From: Babesia bigemina
Taxonomy: Eukaryota
Reading direction: 5' to 3'
Length of the DNA: 64,000 nucleotides
NCBI RefSeq assembly: GCF_000981445.1
Contig: NC_027217.1
Location: 744,001-808,000 of the forward strand
Shown one piece after another: positions 47,904 through 60,381 of this stretch. Made by a program: the position numbers and the translations under genes. Each line of letters begins with the position of its first letter. Positions within the stretch are counted from its first letter, which is position 1. The notes beneath the pieces were generated by a model that worked only from the letters and a program-made list of their open reading frames with translations, did not search any database and was not told the DNA's origin.

Positions 47904-49245
47904 AATTGCACTATGGGCGTAGTAAGGGTTCGTTTTGTGGGTTTAAGTCCGCGCGACTCCTTGGCTTGCGCACCTTCTACACCGTATTCTCGCGTTAAAG
48001 TAAGCCTTCTACTGTTCCACTCGACACATCAATATTGTACATTGCGAAAAAATTGCAAATGTGACATTCGAGCGCGGACTAGGCGTGAATCCATGGGCAT
48101 CCGCAACGCTCAGTGTTTGGCCAGAGACTTGCGTAGTCTGCGATGTGTCGGCGAAAATAATGTAAAAATATACCGCCTTCGCGGCAGACACAGGTAGCAA
48201 GTGTAAGATGCTACTGAAGCTAAGTTACTCTTTACAATTTCTGGCTTGGATGGGGACAGCGTGACAGGTGTAGATACAACTGGCATGTGGGGAGCTGCAA
48301 GCGGTATCGCATTTTCCTCCGTCTTGCTCCGCTTGACTAGCCACGCAGCGGCCTGGCTGGGCGCTAGCCGCCACTTTTGGCGGTTGGTCTAAAAATGTGT
48401 AGTTACCGTGGCCCTCTGGGCGTCGCTTGCGCGCTTGGACAGCTAGTTTGCATTAATATAAAACAATGTGCAGCATGAAAAATGCCACAGCTAGAAAATG
48501 CCGCGCTGCTGCGTAGATGTCGCATCTGCAAAATTTACCGCGCCGACATAGCGACCTTCGTCTCAACGTAAGCCTTCCTGCCTAAGTGGAAGGACGCGTC
48601 AACCGGCAGGTGGCATCTGTGCATTTTTTCAAGAATGAAGCTAGTTCGTGTCGAGCCGTACGCCCCTCGGTGTGCGCATCCGCGCTGTACAACGTAGATT
48701 TTTTATTAGATTATAGCTGCTGCTGCGGAATATTCGTTACCGCCTTGATCTAGTATTCCACGCCCTGGGCCTCCACGTGCTGTCTAATACCTCAACATGT
48801 AGGTTGGAGTGCTGGTGACCTACACCTCAACATTTTGACCCTCGGTTTAGTGCACTCTGTCTCATCCATCGCTTGCTTCGATATCCATCTTCCAGCTAAC
48901 ATTGCCATGGAATCGCACATGCGACGCATTACGCGGGCCTTCCGAAATATTGTTACATGGTAAATACCATTATTCCGTCATAAATTGCCTGTTTGTCGCT
49001 AGCGCCATCCAACCGCCGGGCCACGTCGTATGTGTAAGTCCGTCGCAACCGTGCTACACATTTGCCCAGTTTTCAACACCCGCCGCACCATACCCTAACC
49101 TACGTCATACCAATGTTCTGTCCGCAATTGGCGTATGGCGTATCGGTCATATGCGCGTTCTTGTAGTACCCACGATACTGGACTACTGTTTCCAGTCACC
49201 TTCCTGGCAACCGTCCGCCGAACGGCACCACTACCCTAAACCACG

Positions 49246-50609
49246 ATGAAAAAGCTGAATTCGGTGTACGAGGAGTTCACGAATCACCTCTCCAAGGCTG
49301 CGTTCGTAACAGCGGACTGCGGTGAGTGTTGCTCGGAGCATGTCCACAGCTCGCAGAGCTGAGCGGTTTGGCGGGAGATAGGAAGGGTATCACCAAGCTG
49401 GACGATTACCTGCTGCTGTTGCGTGAAGGCGCCGCCACCTACTCGTTGTGTAAGTTCGCCAGTGTGTATGTGGTCTGCGGTCTGATGGTTCCGTACGTTG
49501 CTGTCGTTTTTTATCGAGCCCGGCTATTATCGTTGCAGTGCAAGTCGGGTTCTGCATCGCGGTATACGACACTGAGGCTGATGACGGGTCGTGGATTCTG
49601 TACCCCTACAACTTCTATTTGTACCCCGCAGAGGTTAGTTGTCCGGACCCCTGCCTCGAGGCAGCTGCCCCGACTACGCCCACATCGCTTCATGGCTGCA
49701 CGCAGGACACCGACATGCACCTCAACAGCGGCACCGTCAAGTGGTTGAAGCAGCAAGGGTTCGATTTCGCACGGTGGATCGATGAGGGGTATTGTTCGTC
49801 GCCGACCGTCCGTCATGGTGCGCAGTGTGGCCTACCAACGCGTGGACGAGGTGAACAACACCGGCAGTAAGACCAAACGCCAGCGCATCGCGTGTCGTTG
49901 GGGCATCCAGCGGTTCTTAGAGGCCGTGTCGCAGCACGGGAAGCCGCTGGTGGTGCACAACGGGCTGCTGGACCTCTTCCACTTGTACGACAAGCTCATT
50001 GGAGAGCTGCCGACAAGTGCCAGTGAAATCGTCCGCTCGTTCGGCAAGCGCTTCGCGCCTGCGGTTTACGACACCAAGGCTACAGCGCGTTACCTGGACA
50101 GCAAGGGAATCTACGTTTTGGATGGGTAGTGTTATCGTCACGCTGCTCGTGATCGCCTCGCAGGCTGTTCAATCTGGAGCACTTGTATCACGAGATGGAC
50201 AAAACCGCCAAATTCGCCCAGACCATACGCATCGGCGACACGGCAAGCGCGTTGGACTACGCGTCGCTGATCACCAACCCGCCGAAGCCGAAAGACCCTG
50301 AGCGTAGCAGCCTGGATCTTCTGCACGAAGCCGGATTCGACGCGACCGTCACCGCCATGGTATACGCTGAAGCGTAGTGTTAACCGTTTTCAGGTCTTCA
50401 CTGCGGAGATAAGGCTGCTGCAGGAGGCAGACGGCCTCCCCAAGCATTTCGTCCCATCGGATTTCACCGAAGCCATGTGAGTTCCCACGTCTGTGTCATA
50501 ACGAGGCACCAGTTCTTCGAGCTGCACTCACTTCCGCACGGTGATAAATCGCGTGAACATACACGACGAGATTGAGGAAGGCTTCGTGCAGCTGCCGAGG
50601 GAGCAGTAG
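49246..50609 (+). CDS. CAF1/PARN-family DEDD ribonuclease, multi-exon
   Basis: AAFVTADCE-LSGL across an intron, YPYNFYLYP, WLKQQGFDFARW, PLVVHNGLLDL, VYDTK and LHEAGFDATVT. Confidence 0.85.
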
Positions 50610-51325
50610 CGTGAAAGCGCATCGGCATTCCACGGTTGGTATACGCATACACCTTCGGGATGCCTCCACGAGTGTCATACGGCCGCCGTCGTGTATGCCG
50701 CTAGCTGGCAACGTCAACGAGGCGAAGCCGGTGCCGGATCAGGCGCCCAGTGTGATTGGACGTGATTTCATTCCACAGCTCATGATTCCCCAATATGCAA
50801 GTGACCTACGCAGCATGCACTAGATTTTGCCGCACGCAACACTGTCATTCAGGTTGGAATCGCAAGTGACCGGTCATGGCCGTCGGCCTTTACCATCGTG
50901 GTACCGGGACTGGCGGCGTTGCGCAGCGCGTCGTGCTCCAAGCGAGCTCACTGTCACTGTCACAATCGCATTCGTAATTTCAGTGTGTTTAGTGCATCGC
51001 GTCGATGTGTAAGGTTTTACGCAAGTGACTCTGCCGATACTGCTGCTGTCCGGCACACCACCCGAGTCGCCGGTACCACGCACATCCGGCTGCCACTCTT
51101 CAGACATACGCAGCAGTGCCTGAGATTCTATTTTCCTCCGTCCGACAAAAGGTTGCAGCGCCGCTATCGCAGGAGGCGCTCCTGTCTGATGTGTAGACCG
51201 TATCGCCGTGATGTCTAGCGATGACACCGCTCTTTTCAGTCGCCGCCGTACGACACCCATGATGATCCCAGTTGTGTGAATCGCTGCCTGCAGTGATTTG
51301 TGTGGTCCTCTCTCTGCCGCCTGCA

Positions 51326-54123
51326 ATGTACAGCGCCCAGCGCTTCGTCCCGCTGCGGGACGCAGGGCTGGAGCAGGCGTCCGTCCGTCGCTACAACGTC
51401 GACTTTTGCCAGGTGTATGCCAATCCGGACTCCGTTGTGCACGTACGTTGATCTCGTTTTTTGTTGACCTGCTTCAGGATGGCTCCGGTAGCCTCAAGCT
51501 CTACGTCGTGGCTCGTCGCAACAGCACCCCTAGCCTGCAAGCCTACATGCCGTACGACGTGTTCACGCACGTGAACGATTGGGTGGACCTCCAGGAAGCG
51601 TGTTCGGTGGCGGATGAGGACATTTTCGACAACGGAATCTCGTCGTCCGACGAGGAGGGGAGCATGTACATCGGGGGGGCCAGCCCCCCGCTTATCGCAA
51701 GTCCGGAGCCGTTCACATCGCCAGGTCGTGCGTCTTCCGCCGCATCGAGATCGCATCCGCATCACTTCGACTCTGATGCGTCCACGGTGCGGTCAGCAAC
51801 CCGTTCGGCAGCACGTTCGCCATCTCAGCCCTCGGCGCGGCGGCCGGTTTATGACGCGGTGGTGCCAGCTGCCGAACTGCCCCAAGATGAGGGCATTGCG
51901 GACGAAATCGTTGAAGATGATGACGGCCCCATCTATCATGGCGTTTCGCCACCGCCAGTGCTGTCGCGTTCACCAGCTCCTCGCAGCGTGTCTTTTGCGA
52001 AACCTGTCGTCGTCGCCTCCCCCAGGCCGCGTGGCAAGCGGACCATATCCGGCCGCAACAACCTGTCGCCGCCGTCGCCAACTGGTTATTCGCCGTTCGC
52101 GTCCTTCGGCGCCGTCTACAGCAGCGGCCTGCAGGGCCAAACGGCCCAGGACATTGCCGCCGTCGCCACCGACACGCTTGCTGCCCTGAGGGACCTGAAC
52201 CCCGTCGCCCCGCGCGCAACAGCGCCCAATGTGGACCCGGCGCCAGCGCCAAAGCGCAAGACGAAGCGGGGCACTCGCAGCAAACGCGCCCCTGCCGCTG
52301 AAGCGCCGGAAACGGTCAGCATGGCCTCTGCAGGTGCGGACGGCATGGGGTTGAGAATCGTCGATGCGTCGGTCGTCGACCCGTATCCCATCGACGACAC
52401 TTTTGACGAGCCGTATTATCCGACCTACCACGCAACCGACGATCTAGGTGAAGATACAGGCACGGGTGACTTAGTGGCAACGTCAGAGCTGTCTGGCCAT
52501 GCGGATCCGCCGCCAGCTGCAGCTTCTGATGCGGGTGCTAAGAACCGCAAGAGGAGCAGAAAACGTGTCTCGACTGCGGTCCTTTCCCTACCTCCAACCA
52601 CCGTCGAGGAACTCCCAGCCGCCGCCGGCACCCAACGGCATCCCGATGAACCGCGAGCTATCGCCGACACCGCAGCTCCAGCTGCAGCGCCTAGTCTACG
52701 CCACGACCAGGGCGTGCAAACGCTCGCCGTGGAGCCCATGCGCACGTCCCTGGGGGTCGGCAATGACGACTTCGACATGGATGAGTACAACAGCCTGGCA
52801 GACCGCGTGACCGCTGGCAGCCTGGGCCCGAAGATCGCGAAGAAGCCGGCTCCCACGCGCGAGCGGCGCCCTCGGAAGGCGGTGAATAGCGCGATGCTGC
52901 TCAATAGCTGGTACATATCGTACGTGGACGATCGCAAAGGCACCAAGAAGCGCTATGAGCCTGTGGACCCGTACGTCGGCAGGAACCGCCGGTACCCCAG
53001 CCGCGCTCGTCTGCCGCCCATCCAGCATTGGAACTCCAACATCACCCCGGATGGGTCGTCGGTGTTGTTCCTGATCGGCGTGACCTCGGACGACACGAAG
53101 CTGAATTTGCAGGCGCAGCATGCGTCTGGCGACGTGGTGCTCTTTAACGAGGACGCTGCCGCTCCGGAGAGCTCGCCCAGCGCCAGGGTGCACCCCGACA
53201 ACCTGCCGGAGGCGTCCCTGGTGATGACGGACTCCAGCGGCATGATGGAGATGCAGGTGATCGAGTCGTCGCCGATGGCGCGGCTCGCGCTTTCTGACAG
53301 GGCGCACAACGTGCCCACCGCCACCTCCACCGAACTAGCGCTAGCCGATGTCGGTGCCCCTGCGGTCGAACCCGGGGCCAAGAGAAGGCGGAGCCGGCGT
53401 GCTGCCAAGGTGCCGGCCAGTGATGGCGACATCGGGGTCGACGCGGGCACTGCGCCACGCAGCGCCCCGGCCAAAGGCAAAGCGAAGCGCGCCGCACCCA
53501 AGCCGAAACCTGGCGGGCGGAAGCGCACTCGCCAAATGACAGTGTCTGAGGCGTTGGAGATTCTGAAGTCGGACAGCGCCGGATCGTCGCTTGGTCTGGA
53601 CGAGAGCCCGAAGAGCCGCCGTCAATCTGAGTTTTACCAGGAGCTGGCCTTTAACCATCCCAAGAAGGCCAACGTGGCTGCTCTGCCGTCGGATTCCATT
53701 GCTATGCAGGACGGACGGCATATCTCCTACAGATCGTTTTTCCGCGTGGACGAGGTGGAGACGCAGATGTACCACGGGTCGCTATTCCAGCCGCTGGTGA
53801 TGAACTCGCGCTGCCGGAGCTCGAACGTCATTATCCCCGTCGGCTGCCATGTCAGCATGGGCAACGTGAACGGCAATTTCATCGTATGTTTGTTAGAGTT
53901 ACGCGTAACGTTGTGCAGTGCGGCTATCTGTACTGCGGGGAGAACGTGGCCATCCGTGGCCTCGGCATATCGTGGCCCCTGAAAGCGAAGCAGACCTTTT
54001 TCCTCCCCATTTACGAGGAGTGGGGCATATACAACGAGAGCCGGTGGGTTGCAAACGCCACGTGCGCTATGGTTTCGCAGGAGCATGGACGCCAACATCG
54101 CGCTGACCTTCGTCAGCATCTAG
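51326..54123 (+). CDS. CENP-C: CENP-C-like centromere protein; introns 51413-51477, 53884-53918 and a short terminal intron near 54043-54080
   Basis: Long disordered S/P/K/R-rich body, CENP-C motif RRYPSRARLPPIQHW (about 52987-53031), and a C-terminal cupin-like region (CGYLYCGENVAI..LKAKQTFFLPIYEEWGIYNES..ANIALTFVSI). Confidence 0.72.
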
Positions 54124-55888
54124 TCCCTGGCAGAGAGGTGATCGCCGATACCTGCGCCAACGGTTTGCGCTAACGATTTCACCGCGCATACCTTGCTGCG
54201 AAAGCTCCAGCTCGCACGATGCGCCAGCTGCGCACAACCTGCTCCTAGTGAGCTGCACTGCGAACCGGGAGCAGGCCGCCTCCCGGTCGTAGTTGTGGAC
54301 CACCACCTCAATCTGTACGGCATCATACACCTGTGCACTTCACTGTTACCCTTTTGTCCACCGTTGAATTCCACCTGGCTGACGACATGTGCCACCCGCG
54401 CTTCGACTTCTGCCGTTCGGGGTCATCTTCCTCCCAGGTCGGCTCGGATGGCTGTTGTGCGGTGCGTGCCTCATCTGCGTTGCTGGGTGCCGTGGGTGCC
54501 TCCTCTTGCACATTCGAGACGATGATCGCGACGTTCATCCTGCGTGCGGTGCTGCGAATCTTCGTGCACAACGACGGCATGAACTCTGAGGCGTGATCTC
54601 GGCAGCAGAGGGTGACTCACTCCATGCGTCGCGGTTCTGGGAGTCCTCCAGCATCGAGGTCAGGATGTGTATTGCGATAGTCTTGAGCGCTAGGCCATTA
54701 TTGCGCAGATATCGCGACGTGCGGCTCCCAGCCGTCCCCCACTGGTTGGCGGAAGGTTGCGTTCCCGGGTAAAAGGTGTCCCGCACCTGACACAACCCGT
54801 CGATATGGGATGCTGCATCGCGTTCACTTCTACGCCGCGCATCATGAAACCAACTTGCGTCATTGCCACATGTCATGTAGGACATCGTCATATGCGATTC
54901 ATCCGCTTGCTGCGGCTTTTTGTACTTGCCGTCCGACACGTCCTCCAGCGCCGCCATGAGCTCCCTGATGTCCAGGCACTGCACGATGAATATGCGCTTC
55001 ATGATGTCGAAGGCCATTTCGTCGACGTCGTCTGAGGCGAGTCGAGCTGCGACGTGGCGGTGCGCCACGCGGTATATGGTGTCATCGTTGTGCATCCCGT
55101 CTGCGCGTTGGTATCACCGCCATGCCTCCACCTACTGGACGTTATCATCACTGCCTCCGCGTTCTTGTCGGAATAGAGCTGGTGCACCAATAAATGGATA
55201 ATGAGCTGCGGCGTTATCGGAGCGTTTGAGCTGCCTACCTCTCCGTTGTGCATGTGGTTCTCCCCCAATATTTCCGTCACCTCCTGGGTGGCGATGCCGC
55301 CATTTAGCACCCGATTCAGGCTGAGAAGCAGTATAGCGCGCACAATGCACCGCTTTACCCGTCGCTCTGCGTCGCTATGACCTCCTTTTCCGAGAGGGTT
55401 CGCAGCGCCTCGTCGCTGTACTCCTCTACAAATCTGATGGCCGCCTCGCCTGCACGCCCTTAACACATTGACGCCGTGACCCACTGATTCGCCTGTAATC
55501 CCCCGAGAATACCACCATTGCTGAACAGCTGTGATGGCAGGACGGCGTCTTCCTGCGCTATTGTGGCGTGTCTAATGGCGCGAGCTGAAACGAGCGCAGC
55601 ACTCCACGTAGGCCGAGCTGCGTACCGGCTGTACGCTGCGTAGCGTCGTAAATCACATCACCACACGTCTAGAGCATCATCGGTTACAGTTCTATAGTGA
55701 GGTGTTTGGGGTACAATCAGTTGCGCCTTCGCTGACGCTAGCGAACAACATGCTGCGGCACCCTGTACATTCCTGGATGCGGTGTGCGGCACACAGGCAC
55801 CCAAACAGGCATACAATGGATCAGTAAGACCCCTTCGATAGGCAAAATTGTGACTGTAACGTCGGCTGGGTCCGTAGGAGACCGCCAT
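54120..55888 (-). CDS. RAD51/RecA-fold paralog with a degenerate Walker A, multi-exon; start uncertain
   Basis: LNRVLNGGIATQEVTEILGE, RIFIVQCLDIREL, ARRMNVAIIVSN, WNSTVDKRV and RFAVQLTRSR..LELSQQGIGD. Confidence 0.7.
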
Positions 55889-56192
55889 GGAGGGTATGCC
55901 AGCTTGTGGCAACGACGTTTAGAAGCCAACGCAAGGCGCGCATCAGCACGCCGTTCTGTGCAGGCGTGTGTAACAATACGCGGGATTAAATGCTGCGCAT
56001 AATTTTGCCGCTGTTGGTGGTATCCGCGTTCTTGGAGCGCCTTTGCGCGCGGCCCACGGTAGGGCTAGCACGACGCTGACGCCCACCGGCCCTGGACCGC
56101 GGAAGCCGGTCTCAGTCAGCTATTCACAGCGGCCACCATACCGAGGTGTATATGTTCCACTTAAAATGCTTCTTATAGTACCACAAACATCA

Positions 56193-59100
56193 ATGGATCA
56201 GCATTGCAGAAGGTCACACGGCCGCTGCAAATCTCGCTTTAATAAGGGTTTCACCCGTTGATCAGGCGCTTCTATGGCGACCTACCTATCGCACCTGCGG
56301 AAGCTCAAGCTGCCGCGTGCGCCGGGCTCTCTCTCCGGCGCCGGGCAGCCGTCGCCTACGCAAGACAACAAGGCGATCGTGAGGTGAGTTCCCGGTTTCG
56401 CGTTCGCACGCCGTTCAGGCAACTCTACGATATTGTGTCGAAGAAATCGATTGATGAGACAGCTCTGAATCAGTTTCTCAAATTGTTTTCTGAGGGGTTT
56501 TGCTGGTCTTCGGCGACGGACCAGGAGGTTCGGGACTGCCGGAATGCGGTCGTCGACCTCGTCGTAGCGGACAATACCCTGGTGACTGCGGTGATACATG
56601 AGTTCGTGCTGCGTTTTCGCGGCGTCAGCGAGGATGGCGCTAAGATCGACCTTGGTGGTCGGGTGTTTGACAGCTTGGTGGACCTGAAAAAGCGGTTGCG
56701 CCAGATCCTGATAGATAGCCCGTCTGGTGTCTGCCTTGAGGGCGACGATCTGTCGCTGTTGCTTTCGGTGTTGCGTAACCATCCGCGATGTCGCGATGCG
56801 ATGGACGCCGTAGATGGCGTGTTCCCATCGGTGCACTTGAATCCCAAATACCGCGGTTTGCGCTGTTTCTTTTACCGTCGCAAGGACGGGCAGTGCGTCG
56901 ATTTCAGCTACGCGCGCTGCGCAGATTACGTGAAACCGAGAGCGGCTCGCTACCATGAGAGCTTGTGCGAAGTGATCATTGAGCTGTGCCGACTCTTTCC
57001 GGGCGTGGTTGGCACCGTGGCCGACTCCTTAGAGATAGTTTACCCGCATTACAACCTGGGCATTGAGCAGCACATTGCGGTGTCGCGCAGCATGCTCATC
57101 ATAGCGCGCCACGTGCCCCCGCTGCGTGGCGTGGTGTACCGCCTGCTCATCAAGAAGATGACCATCATCGACGCCGAGATACGGGCGTCCGACCCGACGT
57201 CGTTCTGCGAGGTCAAGCTGGAGTCGATGCGCAGCGACTCGCTGAAGGAGATGGCCGAGAAGCTGCGGAGCGGCGAGCTCGGCGTCTCGGAGGCCAAGCA
57301 GCAGATGGAGGGCGACGCGTGGTACAAGCGGATGCAGGACCTCCGCACTGACGAGGACTTCGACGAGATGACCCAAAAGCTGGACAGCTTGATGTCCATC
57401 GTTTTGTACGAGCTGCGTGATCTCCTGATGGCCAACTTGAACACCGTCGCATGTGAGAGTGGTGCTTCGCATATGCACTCGAGCGACGCCGGGAGCTCGC
57501 ACGTGGAGGACCACGCGCTTTCGTCCTCCGACTCCGAAAGCGACTCTGACGAGGAGGTCTCTCGGCAGGGGCGCACGCCGTCCAACGGTGCTGTCGGCCG
57601 CGTGAAGCAGGAGCTCGATGACGGGGGCGGCCCCGTGCAGGGACCCCGCTCCGCAGCCGATGTGGGCCACGCCGCTGCTGGCGCGGTGAAATCCGAGTAC
57701 AACGGCAACACCGTCACCACGGTGTCCGACATCATCATTTCGGAGTTGTTTGACATTTTCGAGGACATCATCTTGCCGACTCACAACTGCAAGTACGTGC
57801 AGTTCATCTACATGTACGTAATATCGTTCCACACCCCGTGGACGCATCTGTTCCTCCAGCGGCTGCTGCTGATCCTCTACGACGAGGAGGCGCACTCGAT
57901 CCGCCGGAAGGTGGCTGCGAACTACATCGCGTCCATTGTCTGCCGCGCGAACTTCATCGATGGCCAGCTGGTGTGCAGCATCGTGTACTACCTGTTCTCG
58001 ATGCTGACCAAGTTTGACTATCTGTTGTCGCAGTGCCCCGATTCGCTGGCCTCCAGCATCGGGTCGGACACCACCCCACGGTCGCGCAACAGGTTCGGGG
58101 AGTCCATGAACTCCAGGTCCACCGCGCAGCTCAAGCGGTGCTACTCGCTGCAGCAGGACCTTCTCCACATAATTGGCTACCACGGGGGCACCATTGGGAT
58201 GTCGCCTCGTTGCGTGCGCTACCTGCAGGAGGGCCGGAACTCGCTGTGCGCCTTCATCGACAGTCGGCTGCACCCCATCGGCCACATCCCGGAGAAGATC
58301 ATCGACGACGCCATCGCCGCGACGTCCATCGTGCCAAACCTGCGCAAGCTGCACATATGTCTGGCGCGTGCCAAGGAGGCGATATTCAGCAACGACTCGT
58401 CGTGCCTCAAAGGCTTCACCGCGAGGTCGGTGGAGTCGCGGTACCCGTTCGGCTCCTTCACGCTCTACCACTCCGGCTGTTTCGTCCGCGACAAGTACCG
58501 CCTCACCACCTACTTCGAATCTCAACGCGATGCCGTCTCCAGCAGCATCAAGGCTGAACCCGAAGAGCTGCCGGTCAAGCGCGAGGATTTGTGCCACCCC
58601 TCCGACGTACCGGCCGCGTCGCAGTCGAGCGCGATCACGGTGGCGCCCGCGGCCGCCACTGGCGCAACGCGGGTGTACGAGTCAGTCGTTGCGCAAGCAA
58701 CGGAGGTTAAACACGAGCGTGACTATGCGACGTGCAGTGCAACGTGTGGCCGTGAGCAGGGACAGGTTGAACCTGTCAAGTCGGATGTAATCATGGATTC
58801 CAGTTTGTCGTCCACCGACGAAAACGCGGCAGCGCTACGCATTGCCGTCAACACAAATGCAAGTTCACCGCTGAAAGAAGACAGCGCCTCGTATGGGGAA
58901 CAGTACGAGCCCAAGTCCCAGCACTCACCCACCGACAGTGCGGCGTCAGTTGCGAACGCCATCAAGGACCGGCTGCAGAAGAAACACCGCCGCCGCTGGC
59001 AGTCGCTTCCCGCTGACGTGGAGCCCGACTACGATTTCTGGGGCTTCAACTACGCCACGCAGAGCTCAAGCCACAGCCACGGCGATACGGACACTTCGAC

Positions 59101-59413
59101 GGAGGGCAGTTACAAGAAACTGAAGAGCGATGCGGCTGGCCACCTTGGCGACCCCAATGCGCCCGCCCCTTCCACCACCACCACCACCACCACCAACCGT
59201 CACGGAAGCAGTGACAACAACCGCCTGATCGTCATCGGCATAGACCAGCTCGACGACTTCGAGCTTTCGCTCTCCAGCTCCATTCTCGTGAACGCCCCCC
59301 GCCGCAGCTCCACCCGCATTTTCGACATGCTGACGTCCACTGCGGCGTACAAGTCCGCCATCATAAACTCAGCCGCCACGAAGAACAACCACAAGCAATC
59401 CCGTGTTACGTGA
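56193..59413 (+). CDS. RRN3: RNA polymerase I initiation factor RRN3 (probable intron 56212-56265) with an inserted DCL/DUF3223-like domain
   Basis: YPH, LLIKKMTIIDAEI, KLDSLM, IFEDIILPTHNCKYVQFIYMY and AANYIASIVCRANFI. Confidence 0.85.
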
Positions 59414-59429
59414 CATAAGCTTATAATTG

Positions 59430-60381
59430 TTATTGCTCCGATTCACCGTCGTGTTCGAGCGATGCGTATTCGCGGAACGAGAGCTTGAGTTTCTTGCTCT
59501 GGTACCTGGTGACCTGCGACTCCGTCACTTGGCGTTGCCCACGAGCGGCGCCCGCGCGGACGGCCCGGACTACGTCGGCCACCCGCTGCCTTGCGGACGC
59601 GCTTTCCAACGCGCACGCAAAGCCGGTCGTGGCTCCACTCACCTTGACTGACGACAGCAGCTCCTGGCTGAGCGCGCCCCTGTAACCAGCCTTGCGCACA
59701 AGCTGCTTCACCGCGTCCTCGCGTGACATATTGTGCTCCTCCGCGACTTCGGGCAGGTACGTCGCCGAGTATCTGCAGTGGCTGCGTTTCGGGTGGCCGC
59801 ATGAACCTACTGCCTGCCGTTTTGCTCGAACTTGACGATGACGCCGTGCTTCCCGATCTCCCAGTCATGGGGGTTAGCGGCCGCCTGCGCGAGATGTGGC
59901 GTCCGTGGATTAGACCCGACCTCGTACGTGTGCAGCAGTGACACGCCGCACATGAGCCGCGGCAACTCGTCGCCCGAGATAGGCGGGAATCTGGTGTCCT
60001 CGAAGGCGCTCATCTTGGCGTAGTGCCCTGGGAGACGTTAGCGACTCGGCAAGTGCCGCCTAACCTATTTGGCTGATCGGCACGGGTGATAATGTGCCTA
60101 TGCATCCGCGCAATTCATCGTTGCTGCGGCGCGTTTCAGGTGATCGTTGCGCTCCTACCCGTTGTGGTCCGCTATCATCCATGTGACGAAGATCGGGCAG
60201 GACACATTCTTCTCCACCAGCCACTGCAGCAGCTTGTTCTGCGGCCGTTTCAGCCCCTGATTCGTGGGTTAGGTACGCTGCATCGCGGGCTCACGTTGAT
60301 GGCGCAGTAGATTGCGTCGAAGCAAGCGGCGCACAGCGTGTTGTCGACCTGGTCAATAACGTCGTCGATTGGCGTCACCAT
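59430..60381 (-). CDS. AMMECR1: AMMECR1-domain protein, multi-exon
   Basis: CPIFVTW, LRGCIG-type exon, SAFEDTRFPPI..ELPRLMCGVSLL, DWEIGKHGV, ATYLPEV-type exon, LVRKAGY and TRYQS. Confidence 0.9.

Noticed and set aside
59172..59198. (CCA/ACC)n run
   Set aside because: Simple poly-Thr microsatellite in the disordered RRN3 tail.
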